From: an uncultured Acetobacteraceae bacterium | GTDB taxonomy: Bacteria > Pseudomonadota > Alphaproteobacteria > Acetobacterales > Acetobacteraceae | Assembly (NCBI GenBank): GCA_903900905.1 | Contig: CAIUPC010000584.1 | Location: 1 to 61,451, forward strand | Direction of reading: 5' to 3' | Length of the DNA: 61,451 nt | In this document: piece by piece, positions 1-6,039 of the stretch | How the letters are laid out: each line of letters opens with the position of its first letter | Numbering within the stretch: the stretch's first letter is position 1 | Notes under the pieces: generated by a model | The model's database searches: none | Told to the model about the DNA's origin: nothing | What the model saw: the letters and a program-made list of their open reading frames with translations, nothing else | Translations under genes and position numbers: made by a program

Positions 1-361
1 CCGCCTCCGCCTCCGCCGCCCACGCCGCCTCTGCCACTTCTTGCAAATCAACGGTATCGTCGCCTGCCGCCCACCGGTCCAGGTCGGCCAGATACGGCGG
101 CACGGCGGCACCACACAGGGCACTGTGGCAGGCGGGGAGCAGAACGCCCCGCAGGACGCGGCGGCGCAGGGCGATGTCCTCGGCCCACGGCAGCAACCGC
201 AGACACCAGAGCGCGTCCGCCGCGCCGTTACTGCGGGCGATGTCCGCCAGCGTCAGCGGACGGTCCACGTCGGGGCCGTGCGCCGCAAGCGCGGTGCGGT
301 AGCCGGACGCGCACGCACCTGCGTCACGGGCTTGACGCAGGGTGAAGGTGTAAGTGGTCAT
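1..361 (-). CDS. Phage protein with Ala/Trp-rich repeats, N-terminal part (runs off window start; C-terminus appears at 61307-61451)
   Basis: ATG at 361 overlaps the stop of the upstream gene; reads MTTYTFTLRQARDAGACASGY...DALWCLRLL...EAAWAAEAEA with no stop before base 1. Confidence 0.7.
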   Translation of the reverse strand, partial: MTTYTFTLRQARDAGACASGYRTALAAHGPDVDRPLTLADIARSNGAADALWCLRLLPWAEDIALRRRVLRGVLLPACHSALCGAAVPPYLADLDRWAAGDDTVDLQEVAEAAWAAEAEA

Positions 362-870
362 GGCGTGCCTCCGTAGCGGCGGGCGAGGGCTCTGACCACG
401 CACATAATTCCAGTGCGGCTTTTTGCGTCCAGATACGATTTCATAACCCGCACCACATCCGCATCCAGCGCCGCAACCCGGCGGCGCTCGGTGGCAACGG
501 CGCGGAGATACTTAGCCATCGCGTCCCGTGGCGCGTGTTCACTGGCCGCCGCCTCGGCCAGCGCGGCCAGATCGGCAGGCGCGGACGCGCTCGGGGCCAC
601 ATGTGCGCTAACGCCTTGGTCGCGCTCCGCGCTGGAAACTGAATGCTGCGGCCCGACGTGGCGCAGGACGGCGGCAGCAGCTTCCCAACTGCCTTCATCG
701 CGAGACATTGCTCTGCTGTATGCGGCGTGTGCATCCCGCCACATCGCGTCCGTCACCACGAGCGGCGGGCACGCCGCGTTGTAGTGGTAAATGACCGTCG
801 CACACGCGCTTGGCGCGATGCCGGTCGCGTTTGACGTCGCGATCAGCGCGGCTTTGTCCAGTTCGATCAT
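358..870 (-). CDS. Hypothetical phage protein
   Basis: 170-aa ORF with start/stop overlaps to both neighbours in the leftward operon. Confidence 0.6.
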   Translation of the reverse strand: MIELDKAALIATSNATGIAPSACATVIYHYNAACPPLVVTDAMWRDAHAAYSRAMSRDEGSWEAAAAVLRHVGPQHSVSSAERDQGVSAHVAPSASAPADLAALAEAAASEHAPRDAMAKYLRAVATERRRVAALDADVVRVMKSYLDAKSRTGIMCVVRALARRYGGTP

Positions 871-1442
871 CGTGCGTTCTCCGCTCGCGTTCCTGTCTCG
901 ATGCCGCCGCGCTTCACGGCGGCCAGAATGTGCCGGATGTGGCGTGTGTTGCTGACGCCGACTTGCAAGAAGGCGTCGATCACTGTCAGGCCGTGCTCGC
1001 GCACCAACGAGCGCAACGGCTGCGGCATCGCGTCAACGCGCGCCATGCGAACCGCCGCGCGCTCTCGCTGGTCCGTGTCATGCACGCCCGGATGCGCCAC
1101 GGGCGGAGGCGGTTGCACGATGCCGCGCACCTGCAACGCCTGTTCCAGAACGTCCATCGCTTCGTGCCACGCGCGGGCGGCATTGCGCTCACCTAGTACT
1201 TTCATGTCAGGCGCGCGGCCGTTTTCGCCCCACACGCGCAGCATGGCCACATGCGTCATCGTGATGCGCTTTTGCCGGTACAGCCGGTCGAGTTCATTGA
1301 CCACATCATCCGGCTCGCACGGTCGCGGCGGCCCGTCAGGCTGGCGCTGATGGCCTTCGTAGCGTGCTCTCAGTGAGGCAATTGTCCACAGCCACGCATC
1401 GTCAGCGGTGGCAAACAGTTCGACGGGGCGCGCTGCGTTCAT
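867..1442 (-). CDS. Conserved alphaproteobacterial hypothetical protein
   Basis: Start trimmed to MNAARPVELF (TGATG overlap at 1442); motif AWLW...RPCEPDDVV..LDRLYRQKRI...LRVWG resembles Rhodospirillales hypothetical proteins. Confidence 0.65.
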   Translation of the reverse strand: MNAARPVELFATADDAWLWTIASLRARYEGHQRQPDGPPRPCEPDDVVNELDRLYRQKRITMTHVAMLRVWGENGRAPDMKVLGERNAARAWHEAMDVLEQALQVRGIVQPPPPVAHPGVHDTDQRERAAVRMARVDAMPQPLRSLVREHGLTVIDAFLQVGVSNTRHIRHILAAVKRGGIETGTRAENAR

Positions 1443-1708
1443 CAAGCCCGCCTCCGCACGCACCGGGCGTCTTCCAGATCGTCCACCACCGGGCGAAGCA
1501 CGGCTTGCACGATCAGCCGCATCTCCAGCGACGATTCCAGCGCGCCCAGCACCGCCAGTGCGTCGGCGATGCCTTCCAGCCGCGCGAGGCCGACGCGCGC
1601 CACGCTCAACCGCTGCACGCGCGGATACTCGGACGCGGGCACCGGCCACGCGGCACGCGGATCGGCAACCGCGACTGCGCCTGCCAAGCTGGGCCATGCG
1701 GCGATCAT
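1442..1708 (-). CDS. Hypothetical protein
   Basis: 88-aa ORF translationally coupled on both sides. Confidence 0.5.
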   Translation of the reverse strand: MIAAWPSLAGAVAVADPRAAWPVPASEYPRVQRLSVARVGLARLEGIADALAVLGALESSLEMRLIVQAVLRPVVDDLEDARCVRRRA

Positions 1709-2025
1709 GTGCAGCCCGCCAGTGCGCCGTTGATAGCGCGTGCAACCGCCCGGCCTTCGTCGGTCGGCATGACCACCACAAGCCGCCGATCCTCGGGGTC
1801 CGTGGCGCGCTGCAACAGGCCGTGCAGCGACAGGCGATCCAGCGCGCGGGTCACGACCGGCTTTTGCACGGCGAGCGCCTTGGCGATTTCGCGCACGCCC
1901 AGCCGGGGCACCGTCGCATGGGGTCGTGAGCCGTACACCGCCTCCATGACAGCCAGTTGCCGCAGCGACAGATCAAGAGGCGCGATTTTCTCGTGGCGCA
2001 CCAGCGCACAGAACGGGGTTTTCAA
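1705..2025 (-). CDS. MarR-family winged-HTH transcriptional regulator
   Basis: TTG start overlapping the gcrA stop; LSLRQLAVM...GVREIAKALAVQKPVVTRALDRL...GLLQRATDPEDRR is a MarR signature. Confidence 0.8.
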   Translation of the reverse strand: MKTPFCALVRHEKIAPLDLSLRQLAVMEAVYGSRPHATVPRLGVREIAKALAVQKPVVTRALDRLSLHGLLQRATDPEDRRLVVVMPTDEGRAVARAINGALAGCT

Positions 2026-2546
2026 GCGAGATCTCCTTTGGATTGATTGTCGCGCATGTCGCGCACCGGCACGTAGGCAACGCGCATGTGATCCGGGCAG
2101 TACGGTCGCCCCGGCACGCCTGCGGCTTCGCAGAACCGAAACGCCGGGGTTCCGGGGTCGCCAAGCGGGAAACAGCAGGGCTGCGGCTTGACCGATTGGA
2201 ACACCACGGGCGGCGGTGGCGGCGGTTCGGGCGGTGCCTGGATCACCGGGCGCGTGGCGCGACGTGGCGCGGCGTAAGATGCGACCTGCGGTAGCGTGGC
2301 GCTGCCCTTGGGCACGCGCTGCACGGCGATCTTCTTGGGCGTTCCGGGTGGCGGGATGGGCGAAGGCCGAGGCGTCAGGCCGAGGCGATGCGCCTTGCCC
2401 ACCACGGCGCTCTTGCTGCACCCCAACGCGCGGCCGATGACTGAGCCTGAATGGCCTTCCTCCCACATCTCGCGCAATTTGGCCTCGTGCTTCGCCCAAT
2501 CGACCGTCTCGATGGCGTGCGTCCGCTTTGCGTTGAGCGCCATCAC
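2022..2546 (-). CDS. gcrA: GcrA-family cell-cycle regulator homologue
   Basis: N-terminal W...LREMWEEGHSGSVIGRALGCSKSAVVGKAHRLGL and C-terminal CCFPLGDP..FRFC...GRPYCPDH..AY. Confidence 0.88.
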   Translation of the reverse strand: MMALNAKRTHAIETVDWAKHEAKLREMWEEGHSGSVIGRALGCSKSAVVGKAHRLGLTPRPSPIPPPGTPKKIAVQRVPKGSATLPQVASYAAPRRATRPVIQAPPEPPPPPPVVFQSVKPQPCCFPLGDPGTPAFRFCEAAGVPGRPYCPDHMRVAYVPVRDMRDNQSKGDLA

Positions 2547-4261
2547 TCGTCTCCCTCGTTGTCCGCCTCGGGCACATCACCTTCCTCGTCCCACGCTGCG
2601 GCGCTTGCACGCGGCTTGAACGGCGGTGCGTCAAACAGTGCGGGCGCCGGTCGCCAGTCGGGCAGCTTGCCTTCCAGCGCCTTGCGCATGGCGGAAACCT
2701 GCACCGGCACGGCGATGTCGGCCTCGCGGGCGGCGCGCGTCAGTTCCTCGCCTTTCAGCACGCCCAGCATTTCCGCGTCGTCGAGGCGCGGCGGGTCGAT
2801 GTCCAGCAGCGCGCCCACCCAATCCGCCATCGGGCCGCTGCTGGTGAACACGCCGGGCCCCGGACAGACCAGCACGCGGGCGATCATCTGGCACGCGATG
2901 TCCGTCACGTTGTCAGGCACCATTACGCGCCCATCTGCGTTGAAAAACGCGGGCAGCAGGTCATCGAAGCGCCCGCTGTGACCGTTGGGGTGCGGTGCGC
3001 CCCGGATCGACACATTCCGCGCCGCCAGCGTCAGGCACAGCGCGGCCAGCAACGTGCTGGGCCGAGTGCCCGGCTGATGTTCCAGCCCGGCCCGCAGCAT
3101 CGCATCCTTGCGCGCGGCGATCAGGTCGAGTGCTTTCTTCGTGTAGGCGTTGGTCGGTTCGCCTTCGCCGGCGTCGGGTGCATCTGTCGCCTGCGCTGCG
3201 GGCTTTGCCTTGGCCGATTTCTCGGCCATCGGCAGCGCGTAGCGGCGCACGATTGCTCCCATGTTCCAGCCGCTATCCACCACGGCGGTCACGATCTTGC
3301 CGGGGTCGCCCTTCTTGAGCGGCTTGGTGATGTCGATGTTGGTATATGCGAGTTCCCACCCGGCAGGCGGCTGCAACTGGCCGTCTTTCATCGTGCCCAG
3401 CAGCGGGCGCTTGCTTGCGGCAAGACGCTGCACGTCCTCGCGCAGCGCGGCAGTCTGGCAGTGCAAGAATTTTTCGGTGTCGGTGGTGGTAAATTGCTCG
3501 TCCGAGCCGGGTTCCGCGAACAGGTCTTCCTCGAACGTCAGGCCCACGGTGGCCTGGGCGGTAGCAGCGTCAAAGATTGCCCGTTTGAGCGGAATGCGGG
3601 TGCGTCGGCACGCCTGTTCAATCTGCCACCAAAGCGGTTCGTTGGCATTGCTGCGTTCCGCCCAAACCGCCGCTTGCACGTCGAGTGGCGCGTTGGCGAT
3701 GGTTGCCAGCGTGGAGAGCTTGGGCATGTCGCGGGCTGGCAATGCTGCCATCGCGTCCAGCATTGCGGGCAGAATGCGGCCCAGCACGCTCATGCGCCTC
3801 AAGTGCGCCTCGCCCATGCCCAGCGCCATTGCTGCCGTCTCTGGCGCGCAACCCTGCGCCACCATGCGCTGCACGGCGCGCCACTGGTCCACCGGGTGCA
3901 TCGGTGCCCGGACCATGTTCTCGGCGGCCTGCGACAGCGACGCATCGCCCGCCCGTTCGGCGACCAGCACCGCCATGATGTCCGTCCAGCCCAGCGCGCG
4001 GGCCGCACGCACGCGGCGGTGGCCGAATACCACCTGATGCCGCCCGGTCAGCGCATCGGCGGGCCGCAGCCCCACCGGCTGCAACAGGCCCAGCATGGAC
4101 ATGCTGGCGCGTAGCCCGGCGTCGGCATCGCCATCGGCTGCCACCCGGCGCACGTTGCCGGGGTCGTCGTCGATCAGCACCAGCGGCACGGTCCATGCCG
4201 CGGCGGGCGGTGCCGATGCGAAAGACCCCGCATCGGCTTCGGCTTGTGTGATGGTCAGCAT
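2543..4261 (-). CDS. ParB/RepB/Spo0J-family protein (ParB CTPase N-domain plus HTH, long C-terminus)
   Basis: NVRR...LRASM..LGLLQPVGLR...VVFGHRRVRAA...ENMVR motifs; start MLTIT at 4261 overlaps the stop of the Tas-like gene. Confidence 0.85.
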   Translation of the reverse strand: MLTITQAEADAGSFASAPPAAAWTVPLVLIDDDPGNVRRVAADGDADAGLRASMSMLGLLQPVGLRPADALTGRHQVVFGHRRVRAARALGWTDIMAVLVAERAGDASLSQAAENMVRAPMHPVDQWRAVQRMVAQGCAPETAAMALGMGEAHLRRMSVLGRILPAMLDAMAALPARDMPKLSTLATIANAPLDVQAAVWAERSNANEPLWWQIEQACRRTRIPLKRAIFDAATAQATVGLTFEEDLFAEPGSDEQFTTTDTEKFLHCQTAALREDVQRLAASKRPLLGTMKDGQLQPPAGWELAYTNIDITKPLKKGDPGKIVTAVVDSGWNMGAIVRRYALPMAEKSAKAKPAAQATDAPDAGEGEPTNAYTKKALDLIAARKDAMLRAGLEHQPGTRPSTLLAALCLTLAARNVSIRGAPHPNGHSGRFDDLLPAFFNADGRVMVPDNVTDIACQMIARVLVCPGPGVFTSSGPMADWVGALLDIDPPRLDDAEMLGVLKGEELTRAAREADIAVPVQVSAMRKALEGKLPDWRPAPALFDAPPFKPRASAAAWDEEGDVPEADNEGDE

Positions 4262-5307
4262 TCGATTGATTCCCCTTCGGAGGTGTTGGCAGCGCACGCC
4301 TTCCATGCCCGCCATAGATGTTCGACAAGCGCCTTGGTCATGACGCGCCGCGCGTCAGCATCCCGGTGGCCCAGCGTCCAATCGCGGCCTTCGGTCGCAG
4401 CCTTTCGACGGGCATATATTTCGCCGTAGATGCTGATGGCATGGGCGGGCGCATCGTCTTTGGCGCCGCGCCATTGGTGGCGGAAGAAGCTGTCCGCAAC
4501 GGCCCAAATTTCCGCACGGCGGGCCGGGCTGTAGCCATGCTCTTTGGCCGCGTCCGCGCCGGACTTGCGCTGTTGGCGTTCACCGTTGATGACGGCGAGG
4601 CCGAGGCGCTTCCACAACTTTTCGACGGTGGCGTAGTTGGACAGGTCGCCTGCTTCACCGACGATGATCGCAACGCCCTTCGGGCCGAGGCCGCGCACGC
4701 CCGATGCCCACGCCCAGACGGGCAGCGACTTCGCCAGCACTTCCATGCGCTTTTCGGTTTGCGTGCGGTGCGCGTCCCACGATTGGCGGGCTTGCGCGGA
4801 CAGCAGAATTAGCGGGGCGGCATCGGCATGTTGCCCTTGTCTGTTGCCAGCATGATCCTCACGGCCGATGCCGCCCTTCTCCACCTCGCGGCGGATGCGT
4901 TGCGCTTCGGCGAATGCCGCCTTGCGCTGTTTTTCATCTTGCTCGGCGTTGAACCCCAGACCGCGCGCAATGAACGACTCAATGGATCGGTCGCACCGGC
5001 TTTGGGATTTGATGCAGAAGCGCCGCTGCGATTGCAGTTCGCGCATCTCGGCAATGATGGCGGCTAGGTCATGTGCATTGTGGCTCGAACGAGCAACTAG
5101 TCCGTGGACCTGACCGCCGGGGGGCATTTCTTGATTGGCCGCGCTCTGTGGCAGCATATCAACGGCCCCCGTCTCGGAATTGGTGGCGATGGAAGCACTC
5201 GCTGTGCGGCGCTTGCGCGCACCCCTTCCGTGGCCTCCATCGCCTTGGGGCATCGCTTCAATGGCCGGATTAACCGGCATTGGGTGCTCGGCCCCAATCT
5301 CAAACAT
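4255..5307 (-). CDS. TasA-like Nop/IS110-Tnp-domain RNA-binding protein without an N-terminal RuvC/HNH nuclease
   Basis: Coiled coil (MRELQSQRRFCIK...RTQTEKRMEVLAKSLP) then GVRGLGPKGVAIIVGEAGDLSNY.TVEKLWKRLGL...YGEIYARRK...HRDADARRVMTKALVEHLWRAW, typical of the IS110/Nop C-terminal fold. No DEDD domain. AAGGAG RBS before the ATG at 5307; alternative ATG at 5046. Adjacent to and containing guide-like units. Confidence 0.8.
   Translation of the reverse strand: MFEIGAEHPMPVNPAIEAMPQGDGGHGRGARKRRTASASIATNSETGAVDMLPQSAANQEMPPGGQVHGLVARSSHNAHDLAAIIAEMRELQSQRRFCIKSQSRCDRSIESFIARGLGFNAEQDEKQRKAAFAEAQRIRREVEKGGIGREDHAGNRQGQHADAAPLILLSAQARQSWDAHRTQTEKRMEVLAKSLPVWAWASGVRGLGPKGVAIIVGEAGDLSNYATVEKLWKRLGLAVINGERQQRKSGADAAKEHGYSPARRAEIWAVADSFFRHQWRGAKDDAPAHAISIYGEIYARRKAATEGRDWTLGHRDADARRVMTKALVEHLWRAWKACAANTSEGESIEC
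4815..4876 (-). ncRNA. TIGR-like stem-loop guide unit 8 (inside the Tas coding region)
   Basis: GGGCGGCATCGG-CCG-TGAGGATCA-TG-CTGGCAACAG-ACA-AGGGCAACA-TG-CCGATGCCGCCC; perfect 12-bp outer stem. Confidence 0.8.
5059..5297 (-). ncRNA. TIGR-like stem-loop array, units 4-7
   Basis: Four units at 5245-5297, 5185-5244, 5120-5170 and 5059-5118, each stem-CC(A/G)-N9-TG-hairpin(10 or 13 nt)-CC(A/G)-N9-TG-complementary stem. Confidence 0.9.
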
Positions 5308-6037
5308 CGCCGTTCTCCTTCGCCTGTTCGTACAGCCGCGCCGCTTCTTCGCCCGTGCGGTATGTTCGGATCGGTAGGTGCGGCGGCAGGTTCGCGGTCA
5401 GCAGGCGGACAAAACGAACGTCTCGTGCGTGGCTGTCCGCCCACGCATTCGCTTCCGCCGATGTCAGGTCGCCAATCGGCATTCCGTTCGCCTTGAACGT
5501 GTCCAGCAGCGACTTGGCAGCAACGGCACCAACGGCGGCCATGCCCGCAGTGCCTTTGGCAGCACCGCCCGGCAGCGCGCGGGAATGCGCCGTGACGGCT
5601 ACAGGTTTGACGGAGGGGGCATATGCACATTGGCCAGTGTCGGCAGCGTTTTGTTGGCCCCCTCCGTCGTCCGAGGCGTGCGGCATAGGCGTAGCGGCCT
5701 TGCCGGGCACCCGGTCATCGGCCGCACGCTCGGAATTTTGGGAAGGGGCAGCCTGCTTCTGGCCAGTATTGGCAGCCAGCCTCTGGCCCCTTCCCGCTTC
5801 CCGCTGCAACGTCGCCGCTGCCTCGGTCAGCAACCTATCCAGCGCAGTGTATCGGTAATGCTGAAACAACGCGCGCAGCAGCGCCGCATCGGTTTCCACC
5901 GCCGCCCACACCACGTTGGCCGCTTCTGTGCGCGCCGGGTGACGCGCCAGTGCGTCGATAGCAATCTGGCGTAGCGTGTCCACCGATGCTTTGTAGCCCG
6001 CTGCGATGAACGCCTCGCGCATCGTTGTGTCAGTCAT
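5300..6037 (-). CDS. Hypothetical protein whose central linker is encoded by guide units 1-3
   Basis: 245-aa ORF with protein-like N-terminal (helical) and C-terminal (SLLDTFKANGMPIGDLT) parts flanking the array; coupled to both neighbours. Confidence 0.7.
   Translation of the reverse strand: MTDTTMREAFIAAGYKASVDTLRQIAIDALARHPARTEAANVVWAAVETDAALLRALFQHYRYTALDRLLTEAAATLQREAGRGQRLAANTGQKQAAPSQNSERAADDRVPGKAATPMPHASDDGGGQQNAADTGQCAYAPSVKPVAVTAHSRALPGGAAKGTAGMAAVGAVAAKSLLDTFKANGMPIGDLTSAEANAWADSHARDVRFVRLLTANLPPHLPIRTYRTGEEAARLYEQAKENGDV
5609..5795 (-). ncRNA. TIGR-like stem-loop array, units 1-3
   Basis: Units at 5740-5795, 5676-5729 and 5609-5668, e.g. GGGAAGGGG-CCA-GAGGCTGGC-TG-CCAATACTGG-CCA-GAAGCAGGC-TG-CCCCTTCCC. 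Confidence 0.9.
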
Positions 6038-6039
6038 CG

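Noticed and set aside
4255-5307. IS110 insertion sequence/transposase
   Set aside because: No N-terminal DEDD RuvC-like domain and no IS ends. The gene is translationally coupled inside a phage operon and carries multiple dual-spacer units, which fits a Tas-like protein better.
5530-5580. Possible ninth guide unit (CCG-GGCGGTGC-TG-CCAAAG-GCA-CTGCGGGCA-TG)
   Set aside because: The first spacer is 8 nt, the second box is degenerate and there is no convincing outer stem.
4815-5795. CRISPR array or simple terminators/REP elements
   Set aside because: There are no identical direct repeats, no cas genes and no U-tracts. The fixed CCR-N9-TG pairs are not features of terminators or REPs.
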